From assembly GCA_905331295.1 (NCBI GenBank), contig CAJNYD010000062.1, positions 310,001 to 374,000 of the forward strand: a DNA stretch of 64,000 nt, in the 5' to 3' direction. The position numbers were made by a program, and so were the translations under genes. Positions within the stretch are counted from its first letter, which is position 1. Every line of letters begins with the position of its first letter. Of this stretch, positions 1-12,991 are shown one piece after another. The notes beneath the pieces are model-generated. The model was not told where the DNA came from. It saw only the letters and a program-made list of their open reading frames with translations, and did no database searches. This stretch comes from Rotaria socialis (lineage: Eukaryota).

Positions 1-3000
1 AACTTTAGACTCACATGAATCTAACGAAAAGAAACTAAGTGTTTTGTTGATATAATGTTGAAAACGATGTCAACACATTCGTAAGTTTTAAAAAATGTTG
101 CTGATCATGTTTCTAACTGTAAATCACATGTGGTTTAAGTATATTGAAATATTCTTATCTGGATTTAATCGATTGACGCAAATTACTATAGGCATAGTAT
201 ATAGAAGCAACAAAGACAATGAGAGAAGAAAAAGAACAATTACTGGTAGTCTATGACTGAAATTTGAAAAGGAAATTAATTGTTCAAAAAGGAATATCTT
301 ACTTTCAAAATGGTAACTGTATAATATCTGTTAGATACACATAAATAGGATTAAATGAAAATATGTTCCTTCTTTGTCAAATATAGAATCCTATTTATAA
401 ATGCAACACTGATATCAACCAATAACAGAGTTTTGTTTGACATTGTTCCACTGAAAAGTGTTCAAATTTATGAATACATGATATTTTACTTGGTCGTTTT
501 AATAGTGTTCTTTCGACGCTTGCACGAAAAAAATATTACAGCGAAGGACACATTCTTTCAACTTCATTGACGAATGGATTAGAATAATACGACAAGAGAA
601 TATTACTATTTGATAAAAAGAATATGATCAAGTTCGATCTATTCAACTCAAATGAAGTGTTTTTCTTATTTACTTTCAGTTTCCTCGTATATTGAATAAA
701 ATAAACATGTAATGTTGTTTATTATAGAAGACAAGAGTTTTTTTTCTCATTATAGACATTGCTTCTAATAGAAACTCAACAGCTACAGTTGATAACAGCA
801 AATTAAATGTTTTCTTTTTTTCATCTTCTTTTTAAGTTTAGTGAACATTCTATTTTTTTCATCATATAAAACATTCATTTATGCAAGTGTTCCTATTTTA
901 CTCCAGCTTGTCATTTGCATCGAGCTGTAATAATCAGACACTTAAACTTTAAAGAAAAAAGAGGTTTCTCATCTGATGATTTCTTTTTATATGCTTAATT
1001 GCTTCAAATTTTTCGCATGTACACTGAAAGAGTACTTATAGTTGTGTTTTACAGTTGATGCTTTCTTTTAAGAATAGACAGTTTTTTTTCTTTTGTTCGG
1101 ATATACCAATAATCTGATGAAGTTAAATCGATTATTCTTCGAATATTTGCTTAATCTTGCGATAACAAAAGTCCTTTTTTTTTCTTCAAGTTTGATAAGA
1201 GATCGAAAATCGATTCAAACTTTCTTTATTTGTCCGATACATTGTGTAGGGCTGTGTAATGAAATCGTCAATTCTTCATTTACTTTTTCTTCTTTCGTTC
1301 TTGTGTTCTTTTTCTAGCTTTAATTTAAAAAGAAAACGTTTGGTATACGACAGCAGGCAACTAGTTGGAACATTCAGAAAAAGAAGAAAAAGAAAATACT
1401 CCAGAAAAGTAAATTGCAGTAATCAGGAAAGTTTTTACAGTAACTCTATGAAAGAAAAAACTAGATGAAGCACATGTTTCTTTCAAGTGTTTCATTTCCG
1501 TTGACAGACATTTTTCCTAGTCTGTACATATAATTCTTCATGCTGATTACTGATCTAGCCAACTTTGAAATTATAATCCTCAATATTTATTTGATTTTTC
1601 GATACGTATCATAAGACGATAATTGTCTGCGCTTTTCCTCTTACTTACGAAAGAATAATAGGCGATAGGTGTTTTGATACATATAATTCCCTAAGAAATA
1701 ACGCGTGTTGTAATTAAATTTTTCTTTTCTTTATGTTTCTTTTTTCACTAGCTAATTTTCCTTCTACATGAAATACTGAGAAAAAGCGTTCCAGTCAAAT
1801 GAACCGCGCATATGTAATAAGTTAAATTTTTATTTTTAATTTGAGATCTATGCAGCTTTTTTTGTGGATATAATTTTTAGTTGTTATGTAAACTTCTAGT
1901 AGACAAGCGAGTTTTTCTTTCAAGCAATGGTATGTATCGATTAGAAAATAACACTATACTGATCAATATACATTAGAGTATGTCACATCCGAAATCAAGG
2001 ACATACAACAACATACTCCGGCTGGCGTATGTCTGATTAGGCCTGTTTTATTCTTTCACAACGTACAGTATTTTACTTCTTTTTATTCTTCACATTCAAA
2101 AAAAACTCATATAAGACTTATTTATACTTACGTTAGACAATATTTTCTAATTGAATTATCTATGAAATTTGATTTTACAAATTTTTTGATTTCTCATGTT
2201 ATCCCTTTTCTTCTGCATTGTTCTCTTTTTTCACCTTTATTTTTATGGATGTGTGTGTAGGTTTCTTCCGTTTCTGACGATGACTGTAAATATGTGGCAT
2301 TCATTATCACGCTTAAACAACGAGTCACAGCAGTGCGTGTGTTACTCAAATTCACATTTTCTTCTCTCTTTGTCTTTGACGACGCGCCAGTATTTTAAAG
2401 AAATATCTTCTCATGAACTATTGTGTAGAGAGAGGAGATGTTTGATACCATAAGTATCTGCTATAATCCTTTCTTTTTCTTGTTGCATGCTTTCTTCGTT
2501 CTCTTATAGTTAGGATTTTTGTTATACTTTTGTTCTCTGCGAACTTTGAACGTAATAGCGAATGGCAACACTGAAAGAGAAAAGAGTAAAATCAAGGAAG
2601 AGAATTACAACATTTATACATGAACGCATGTCTTTCTGACAGTCCTTCGTGAAGCTTATGATTATTAATGACTACTATCGGTATATACTCTCAACGACAT
2701 TTTTACAGAAGAATGAAAAAAAAAGAGTCCACAGTTGATGCCAGCGATAAAATAGATGAGAATGAAGAAGGCAAAAAAAAACCAGATTCGCCGTTGGCAT
2801 TATTAGTCATATTATTAACTATAAAGCTTTTTTATACATAAGGCTGGCATCGACGGAATCTTGCCCTTTTCTGTTTTCTCTCATGTCGTTTTACTGCTGT
2901 TATTCGTTTTGAAATATTATCTCAACCCAAACAACTTGAATAATAACGCAAAAGCATAAAATCTACTACGATTTATCATGATTCTTTTCTATTTACTATT

Positions 3001-3069
3001 TTTCCTTCTAGATCTTGACAATTCTCATCATAAATCTCACGTAAAAGTAATTTTCATCAAACTACTGCA

Positions 3070-3621
3070 ATGCCAGAATTTCACAAACTTATGTTGTTTG
3101 CCGGAGCTGGTATTGGCGCTTTTGCATTATTACTGCTTATTATTAGTGTAGCTACACCTGCATGGCTTGACGATGGACAAGGCAGTACTATTGGTCTTTT
3201 CCGAAAATGTGTTTCAGCTAATTTGCCTAATGCTACAAATCTTGGTAATGGATGTCATAACGAAAATCGTGTTACTCAAGGTGGTTTGTCCGTGTTTGGT
3301 CTTTTATTGCTTGTATTCTCTATTTTTGCGACAATTGCTGCCGCATTTACAGGAAATACATTACTTTTATTAATTTCTTTGGGTTTGATGTATTTTTCGT
3401 CTATGTTTGTTATGTCAGCGTATGCAACGTGGGGAGCTTATTCACGTGATTTTGACTCGTACTCTTTTCCGTATGGAACAGCAACGGCAACTCAACATAC
3501 ATCAATGGGTTATTCGTATAACTTATGTGTTGCTGCACATTTCTTTCTCTGGACGGCACTAACATGTGTCGCATTTGGTGTTGGAAATTATTTGGGTGCC
3601 GAACGAAATTCTTCAGGTTAA
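3070..3621 (+). CDS. PMP22/EMP/claudin-superfamily four-transmembrane protein
   Basis: 183-aa ORF with four hydrophobic segments, a W...GLF..C...C first-loop motif (claudin W-GLW-C-C signature) and GYSY before TM4. AATAAA follows at about 3668. Confidence 0.8.
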   Translation: MPEFHKLMLFAGAGIGAFALLLLIISVATPAWLDDGQGSTIGLFRKCVSANLPNATNLGNGCHNENRVTQGGLSVFGLLLLVFSIFATIAAAFTGNTLLLLISLGLMYFSSMFVMSAYATWGAYSRDFDSYSFPYGTATATQHTSMGYSYNLCVAAHFFLWTALTCVAFGVGNYLGAERNSSG

Positions 3622-4832
3622 TTGACTCTGTTCAAAATATTTTTCTTGTCAAATCTAGACGTATAAAAATAAATACCAAAATTCAAAACAATACTTATTC
3701 TTTAGTTTGTTTTATTCGGTAATACTCTATCTTTTTCATTATTTAATTAAAATATTTAAATATCTGCTCGTCTTGTATAACTGCCATTGATTCTTCTTTT
3801 TTTTAATTGTCGTATATATATATATATATATACTATGTAATGTGTGTCACTAATACATCAGTTATTTTACTAAACTTCTCAAAGCACGTGACGCATTGTG
3901 ATACATGTTAATGAGATTTAACTGGCTTTGTTTTAGTTAAAATCTTACATCGTTCGTCTGTGTTTTTCGTTCTCTTTCTCTGATACATGTTACTCTTTTT
4001 CTTCTTTATTATCAATTCATATGAATTAGAGAACAATTTTGTTGCCGCGTTAATATGCAAAACAAGAGAATTTATACATTTAAATGACATATATGTAATT
4101 TATTCATAATTATTTCGATGAAAAACTTTTGGAGACATACTCAAGGTGAAGAATATGTTGAGTTTTATAAAAAAAAAAAAGAAATTAATGTTAGAGTATT
4201 AAATGCATCTGTTAGTAATATGCCAAATAAATAATTCGTTGTGTATCATAGAATTTGATATGCGCAGATTTGAATGATATGCTTTTTTTTGTAAATTAAG
4301 AAGATTTTTTGCACATAATAACATTCCAAACATAGTTTACTCTAAATCAATGCATGAAATCAAAGTTTTGCATTAATGTTATTTTTTAATATTTTGTTAC
4401 ACTGTAAGATTCTCAATATTTGATTCTTTTCTACCTATAAAATCCAATATGTTCAGTGTAAAAATATATGACATGGAATTTAGTTGAAAATATTTTCTGA
4501 AAGTCTTGAAAACCGAAAAGTATCATATATTCAGACAGTGCTAAACAATGATTTTAATTTCAGACAAAATGTATGTCATGACAAAAAGTTTTCTTTCTTT
4601 TTTTCTAAGTTTCACAATTTATAATTTGGGTACATTGAGCATAGAAAGAAAAAGAATGATTCGACATATCTTACTACAGCTTGTTCTATGAGCCTACTAA
4701 AATATTAGTTGATATCAGTGATTTTTCGCCAATGCTGATTCCGATAATCATAGTAAATTCTTTATTAGAAAAGAAGTTGTTAGAAAATCAACATTTTATT
4801 CGAAAAAGAAATCTAATCAAATTACGTTATGG

Positions 4833-4867
<35 letters not shown>

Positions 4868-6764
4868 AATAGAACAGAACTTTCTGTAATATATTCAAAT
4901 ATAAGAGAAGTTGCTGTAGAATTTCTTAAATCTTCACACTCATCAATTTATTTTTGCAATCGGCAATTCGCTTTTAACGAGAGGTATGACGTTCAAGTTG
5001 CTATAGTGTTTCATTATAGCAATATTTTATCCAAAAATAGAATCAATATAAAAATTTTCCCCACGCGATATTTATAATGTGGGTAGTTGAATATAATAGG
5101 CATGTTGAAAAACGATAGTAGTAGAAAACTAAAATAGAATTGACTTAATTTATTCTAAATAAATCATTCAAAAATAATCGAAGTAGAAAATCATGATTCA
5201 AATAGAAGAACAACTAATAAGTAATATTAAAACATACAGCATGATTTATACGTATATCAAATACCTAAAAAGAACACATTTTAATTGTATTGACGATAAA
5301 GCCATTGATGTCAAATAAAACAAAATACATTTTATCAATAATGCGAGATCTTATTTTTATTGATTCTCAAAATTGAATGTAAAAGTAATAATTGTCAAAA
5401 ATGCTACTACAAGTGTGAATCAAGTTGTTTGTCGAATATAATCATAGTCAGCAATGTAAATCTCATTATAATCATCATTCAATATTCATTACCGATAAAT
5501 CTTGAAACTTCATTATGTTGCTATATTTTCTTTTAATAATATTTCATTTACGTACACTCACACCCTCAAGCTCCGGGTGCTGTGTTCAGGAGAAAAGGGT
5601 TCGGAACTAAGCCTGGCAGCATTTTTGGATGCACTTTGGAAAGTCATGTTTTGAAAAACCAGATTTGATCTATGAAATATTTATTATTATGCCATTGGAT
5701 GTAGAATTTAATTCTGAACAAAGTGATGTAACTGTTAAAATGAGCAACGAAATCATTTACGCTGTTCCAGAGAAAAAAAGAACAATGGCATAAGCCTATC
5801 AGAGAAGAGACTTTTCCGGGGTTTTCACATTTTTTGCTTGAAAATTTTTCTTTCAAATATTTATTATAAAATTATAAAACATGCATTGAACAATGCGAAA
5901 TTTGATCAGGAATCTTGTAGCATATTTGAAATTTCAGTGGAACTGTTATTAATCATTTTTAATCATCGTTTTCGTTTTTGACCGTCGCAGTTAGACAGTT
6001 GAGTATGCGTTAAACTTTTCAATTTCGCACGGACAAGGAAAACTTATTTGAAAAATAAATTAGTCAGTTTTGTAGAGTGAAAAATCCTATATCGGATGAG
6101 CTTAGAACAGAACAGTTGAGATGTGTTGCCCTTCTTCAAAAGAAGAAAATAAAAATGTGCCATTCTTTACGGATCACCAGTTAGTCATATATTTTTCGAA
6201 ATGAACAACTGTAATAGATTCATAGTAACCATTTTTACATCGCATCATTGAACATATTCACCCTTCTGACAATAGGTCAGTAAAACTCAGATGAGCATTC
6301 GATATCGTAGTTTTACAGATCTATCAAGAAAGCAATGCTGCTTTCTTTCATTTGAAGCTAAAAACTTCGTTTGCATAGTCTCAATAATACAAATCGTGTT
6401 TTAAAAAAATAAAACTAGTATAAATGTAAGTGTTAAGAAAGACGGATGAATGGATAGAACGCAATATTTTCGGTATGATTACAGATAGAGTGACCTCAGT
6501 TGAATTAGTAACTTATAGCATTTACGAAGTAGACAAAAAAAAACAAGACATGTAGAAGTGTTGAAATTTATATCAGTGTTTATTTGGAATATTGTTTCGA
6601 AGAGAATTAATCTTTAGAGATTTCAAGTGGTAGATGTTTTAGAAAGTTAAATTTTCTAATCAATACATTGTTTCAAAAATTTGAAACGAACAAAAAATAG
6701 CAACATATTCAATTTGAGCAAAATGCTTTATTTTTCTCGTGTTAATAATTATAATCATTGCTGA

Positions 6765-7654
6765 CAATGGAGATGTTTCAGGTGATTAGCAAAAACGTTG
6801 AAGTTTTTTATGTCAAATGAAAGCTCTCATCATGAAACTAACATGGTTAAAATATTAGCGACTGTTGGCGTACCCTTATGGAGATATTCGATTTTTCAGT
6901 GAATTTTCTCTACAGGGCCGGCTTTCCAAGCAATATCATATTCTCGAATTTGAACCTGAAACTTTGTATGCATGAAGGCCTCAATGAGACTAGCTTACAG
7001 AAAAAAACATCAGAAGGTTTGGACAAACCCTCTTCGAAATATAGATGCCTCAAGAATACAGCTTCTATAGAAAATTGTCTATATTTTGAGAGATTCATAT
7101 CTCGAGGAGGGTTTGTCCAAACCTTCTGATGTTTTTTCTATAAGCTAGTCTCTTTGAGACCTTCGTGCATGCAAAATTTCAGGTTCAAATTCGAGAATAT
7201 GATATTGCTTGGAAAGCCGGCCCTGTAGAGAAAATTCACTGAAAAATCGAATATCCCCATAAGGGTACACCAACAGCCGCTAATATTNCATCAGAAGGTT
7301 TGGACAAACCCTCTTCGAGATATGAATCTCTCAAAATATAGACAATTTTCTATAGAAGCTGTATACTTGAGGCATCTATATTTCGAAGAGGGTTTGTCCA
7401 AACCTTCTGATTTTTTTTCTATAAGCTAGTCTCTTTGAGACCTTCATGCGTACATAATTTCAGGTTCAAATTCGAAAATATGATATTGCTGAGAAAGCCG
7501 GTCCTGTAGAGAAAATTCACTGAAAAATCGAATATCTCCATAAGGGTACACCAACAGCCGCTAATATTTTAACCATGTTAGTTTCATGATGAGAGCTTTC
7601 ATTTGACATAAAAAACTTCAACGTTTTTGCTTATCACCTGAAACACCTCCATTG
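6765..7654. mobile_element. Non-autonomous foldback (palindromic) DNA element
   Basis: Left end CAATGGAGATGTTTCAGGTGA is the near-perfect reverse complement of right end TCACCTGAAACACCTCCATTG. Inverted arms run about 300 bp to a central TTCTATAGAA palindrome. TGA flanks both ends (6762-6764, 7655-7657), a putative 3-bp TSD. Internal duplication at the N at 7288. Confidence 0.85.
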
Positions 7655-9523
7655 TGAGTAGAGATTCTTAAATTTAATTTCTATGGAGAATTTTATTAGA
7701 TTTAATTCAACTGTACTCAATTTCTATGGAACAAAGTCACGGCTTTTTAGAATTCTAGAAACGTAATACATTTTGATAATTTATTCGTGATTGTATTGAG
7801 AAATTTTTTCTCTTCGCAACTGTACATATCATATTCTATATTCAAAACATTTTGATAATCTTTGCTACATCATGAACATCAACTGACTTATTTCTAATTC
7901 GTTATCTTTTTTTCCTTCGATATATTTTAGGTCTGATTTAATTTCGATTTTATTGAAAAATAAAACCCTTTTTTCATCTTTTAAATATAATTATATTCAC
8001 ATGTACATAGATATACTATATATACCCGAAAGATATGAACAATGCTCAACGTTTCTCAAACAGCAAAAACATAAAATGCGAAACTATTTATTAATAGCTG
8101 AGATTTTCCGATCTTATCTATGCTTATAGTTTACACTATCCTAAACTCTTCAATGATATAATACAAATATAGTGCGTCAATTTTTGTCATTTTTTTCTAT
8201 CAACATGTCTTCCCTCTTTTCTCTCCCTTCCTCATTTGGCCACACCATTGTATCAACAACCATCACAAAAACAGACAAAGCACAGATATGTCTATATCTA
8301 TGCGTGTGTATGTGTAGCGTGACAGGAGTCTGATGCCGACATAAAGATAAGCGTAAGTCAGTTTCCCTTTTCATTGGCAAACGAAGAAATATTCCTTTTG
8401 TGTCTTTTCGTATCACACTATACGCTCTTCTTATCTCGTTTATTTCTATTGCAACTCGGTTTTATTTTTGTTTCTTCATCAAATTCTCATTTGTCTTGAT
8501 TTGTATAGTTTCCCTATATTGTCTATGTGTTTATCCTATCTACTATTGCAGGTATCATTAGCATCCCGGAAGTAAATATGATATAATATCATCGTCTAAT
8601 TGAATTTTACAGTTCTATATACAACTGTGTCATTTACATCATGCAAACTGATATATACATTGTAGAGTAATGTTGAGTAATAGCTATAGAAAATTGTTCA
8701 CAAGAAAAGAGAAAATCTTTTTCTGCTTCGTCTTCTTCTTCTACTTTCCAATTCGTTTCCTTATTGTTTTATGTGTTATCAGTCTTACGTTTGACTTGGT
8801 TGATTGGTCGAGCTCGTATGTCTTCATCAACTCATCAACTAGTAAAATGTCAACACACCCTCAAACTTAGATATGGAGTAAAAAGAAAGAGCCAACCCCT
8901 GATTCTTTATCACTTCTACTATTTATGCAGTGGGCGAATAGACGTATACAATAATCAAGTATGTAATAGTGCCGAAGAAAAGCAAATCCTTTCATTTATT
9001 TGTGTAAAATTAACGAAAATATTGAAATTTCAACTAAATCTTGTGATTTTATTTTACTTTTACTTTTACTTTCTTTGTTTTTTTGTTTGTTTTCATAATT
9101 ACTTAATTCATTTCGTTGCCTCTTTGTTTCATCTAAGTTAACTTTCTCGACAAACAAAACAGTGTAATTACATTTTGATATGATAGTGCTATCTCATTGG
9201 CAGAAAAGAAAATAAGAAAAAAGAAAAATGCCAAACGACTGATGTTGATGCTAGTTTGCAAGTAAGGAAACGAATGATACCGATTGTCAAGTCATCGTAT
9301 GTATAACAGTGTGCGTATTTCCACAAGCAAGCAAAGAGGAGATAAACAATCTGTCAGATGACGATGATGAGTCGTCGTTGTTGATGATAGTGGGACGAAC
9401 GAGCGAATGAGAGAAAAAAAGAGAAAATCGACTGGTTCGCATTGCGTGCCAATCGCCTTTTTTCTGATTCTATGTGTACAAGAGAATCGAACAATTGCTA
9501 TCACTTTATCATCTCTCTTTCCA

Positions 9524-9549
9524 TCTCTCTCTCTCTCTCTCTCTCTCTC
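9524..9549. repeat. (CT)n microsatellite upstream of the T-box gene
   Basis: Uninterrupted TC dinucleotide run seen directly. Confidence 0.9.
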
Positions 9550-9777
9550 ATCTTGTTTTGCGTTTGCTCAAGCTCTTCACACCATATTCACTCAACAATA
9601 ATTTTCTTGTCTATCCTTTTTTTTTCTTCTTTTATGGACAACAATCCGTTGACCCCGCGTGCTAGNATAAGAGTTATAGATAAAGTTTTTGTCATTTTTT
9701 TTTGTTTCCGTTACTAAACTTACCTTCCATATTCACTCAACAATAATTTTCTTGTCTATCCTTTTTTTTCTTCTTCT

Positions 9778-10465
9778 ATGGACAACAATCCGTTGACACC
9801 GCGTGCTAGTAATTTTAGTATCGCTTCACTGATTACATCAGATTGTTGCGATGATGAAAATAGTTTGTATCATTCTATGACGAGTTCAATAGAAACAACT
9901 AACAATCATCATATTGATTGTACTCCTAATCTCTCTATTGAAAAGATTACTAACGATTATTATAATAATCATATAAATCAAGATCTTCATCATTATCGTA
10001 CGGCAACATTAACTGAAGAGAATAACGGACAATATCAACAGCAAGGTACAATAAAAGAAAATCGATCAACAAACCATAAACAAGTTACAAATCTTCAAAA
10101 AAGTCTAACCACAATTCGTAATATGGAAGGTAAGTTTAGTAACGGAAACAAAAAAAAATGACAAAAACTTTATCTATAACTCTTATATGAACAAATGTAT
10201 TTACTTTCTTTTTAGATTATATTCAATCAGCAACAGAAAAAATAAAATCAACATCGAGTAATATGCTTGATATAAATAAATCTGACAATGAACATGGTGG
10301 AGGTCAAAATGGAAATAATGAAATGAAAAAACCACTTCATCCAAAATTGTCTAATATTAAAATGGCTATTGAATCAAAGTCATTATGGGATGAATTTGAT
10401 AAACTTGGAACAGAAATGATTGTTACACGATCAGGAAGGTAAACATTAAAAAAAGTAACAAGGTC

Positions 10466-10498
<33 letters not shown>

Positions 10499-12216
10499 TA
10501 TTATTATTATTATTATTATTATTCATCTCTATGCAAAGTAGTAGACGAGTGATAATCTCATGAGTTAATTTGTTCGAGAAACCATGAAACATGTCAAATA
10601 ATTGTGTTTATTTTTATTTTGAGTGCCTGATGAAAAAGTCATTAATATGAATATGTATATTCGTACATAGTGGAAACGAGTTTCATAAGTGCAATTAGAC
10701 TCCTAATTCGTCGTACACAATGATTATTGTTTGTATATAAGTCAAATGTAACGAAAAGGAAAAGAAGTCATATTGAATATCATTCGAGACAACAAGAGAT
10801 AAGATTCATGCTAATGGCTCACTCGAGCGGTGTCTCTTGAGATCATCACACCATTCTAGAGAAAAGCACGTCGCTCTTGCAAACATGTGCTACTGATAGC
10901 TCTGAGGAATGCACATATCCTTATGACAGCAGATTATCAATCACGTCCAAGATAACAAGTCTTAACGACGTATATTATTTTAGGCGAATGTTTCCAACTT
11001 TACAAGTGAAAATTTATGGCATGGATCCAACTGCAACATATTTACTAATGGTTGATTTTATTCCATTAGATGATAAACGTTATCGATATGCATTTTATAG
11101 GTTACAAAAAAGCATTTTATTTCATAAAAAAACAGAATTCAATAAACTGATTTTTGATTGGTTTATTTATAGTTCAAGTTGGGTAGTTGCTGGTAAAGCT
11201 GATCCACATTGTCCAGGTCGTTTCCATGTGCATCCTGATTCACCACAAACAGGTGCATCGTGGATGAAAAATGTTGTATCATTTGATAAACTTAAATTAA
11301 CAAATAATTTACTTGATGAAAATGGACATGTAAGCTGCTTTTGTTTTTGAACATAAGTTTCGTTTTCTAAATAGTTGGGTTTATTTTTTAATTGCCTAAA
11401 GATTATTCTTAATTCAATGCATCGATATCAACCACGAGTTCATTGTGTTTATTCTCCATCGTCAAAAGCTGATGAATTACTTGTTCTACAAACGCAAGCA
11501 TTTCGTACATTTACATTTCCTGAAACAAAATTTATTGGAGTTACTGCCTATCAAAATCATCGTATAACACAATTGAAAATTGCTTCGAATCCATTTGCAA
11601 AAGGTTTTCGAGATTGTGATCCTGAAGATTGGTATAATTTTTTTAAATTTGTTTCTTCGAGCTAAGAGTAAAATATTTTATTATTTTTTTTAGTGTTGCA
11701 GAAGTCTTAAACCATTTAAATTCAAATCAACGTTTACTTCGTTCACATCCAAAATCGAATAATAATAATTCGACAATAACAACACACACTAATTTGTCAA
11801 CATCAAATCCTCCAACAACAAACATCACTTCTCAAACATCATCGAATATATTTAATACCGCAGCTACAATAACCTCTCGTTTTATATCCGACCCTCAAGG
11901 TAAAAATAGATTGAATTAAAACACTATCCTGTTTTCTTTTTCTGTGTATCAATGGCTCCTAGATCCAACAGTTAATTTTATTTCACCATCAACTTATTCA
12001 TTGGTTAATCCTGATTTAGCTAGCTATGCTGCTGATGCATTTGTTTATTCTCAATTATCTGATTTAAATTATCGATCAGTTAGTGAACCTACATCATCAT
12101 CCAACAATCATCATACAACACGGATGAGTCCATATGCTCGACAAACATTTTATCCAATGTATACGCAACGTGATATTCATTCGCCATCTTCTCGTACAAC
12201 TGCTGATTATGCATGA
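9778..12216 (+). CDS. TBX1: T-box transcription factor, Tbx1/org-1 subfamily (7 exons: ~9778-10129, 10216-10438, 10984-11100, 11173-11329, 11402-11631, 11694-11899, 11963-12216)
   Basis: Spliced translation [34 protein letters not shown]...[21 protein letters not shown]...[29 protein letters not shown]...[22 protein letters not shown] closely matches the Tbx1 T-box. Introns are GT-AG. Confidence 0.93.
10466..10523. repeat. (AAT)11 fused to (ATT)n: inverted trinucleotide microsatellite in TBX1 intron 2
   Basis: Seen directly; forms a palindrome centred at 10497/10498. Confidence 0.9.
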
Positions 12217-12781
12217 ATGAAATAAAACATTTCATAAAGTCAATTTATTATCTTATACTTTCATGAAATTCGTTTGTGGCGATTTTCCTTTTTTTTTAGT
12301 TTGACTCAGACAAAAGAGAGCTTTCTTGTTGTGAGCCTTTGGTCAGATTATTCTTTTTCTGGTTTGTAAAAAAAAAGACAATGAGAATATTTAAAAAGTG
12401 TTGTCGTGTTTTTGTTTTCTAATAAAAGAACAGCATGTGTATTGTAATTTCATCTTCACTAAATAAAAATTGATTTTCTTCTTCTTCTATATTATCATAG
12501 CGGTATTTCTTTTCATTGATCTGTTTCTCCTTCTTCTTCAGTTGTCCATCTTAATCATAAGTAAGTCTATGTGTTTATATGATGGCTATCTGTCATGATT
12601 ATTGTTGGAATATACACGCACATTGTGATGTGTTTATATATTTATGTGCTTGTGTGAATACAAATTAGAATTATATCAATTAGCTCTGAACAAATGAACG
12701 TACAATACTAATTGAAGTTTGATTATTTTTTGTTTTATAAATAAATATTGTAGATAGAGGTAAAACAATTTGTCTGGACCA

Positions 12782-12919
12782 CCCCGGCTGAATAAAACGA
12801 TCAGTAAACGGTCGTATACGATACAAATACTGCCCGTTTTACGGCGGAATACGATGCAAAAACGACAGTTTACGGTAATGTTACGCCGGTTTACGGTGGT
12901 CCGTTTTGATCGACTTGGG
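12782..12919. mobile_element. Short non-autonomous element with CCC...GGG termini (CACTA/EnSpm-like MITE)
   Basis: Imperfect TIRs CCCCGGCTGAATAAAACG / CGTTTTGATCGACTTGGG, flanked by the 2-bp direct repeat CA. GC-richer than its surroundings, with repeated TTTACGG motifs. Confidence 0.6.
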
Positions 12920-12991
12920 CATATAAATTTGATAAATAATGTTCATTTTCAAATCCAATAAGATTAAGTTGCAATTGAATATGTTCACAAT

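Noticed and set aside
1..3000. Several 60-85 aa ORFs rich in F/L/I/K
   Set aside because: Composition reflects AT-rich non-coding DNA; no domains or consistent splice structure. The same applies to most short ORFs in 3900-9500, 20000-23200 and 56400-60500.
5555..6300. Slightly GC-richer segment that might be an old transposon fragment
   Set aside because: No terminal repeats, TSD or coding motif could be established.
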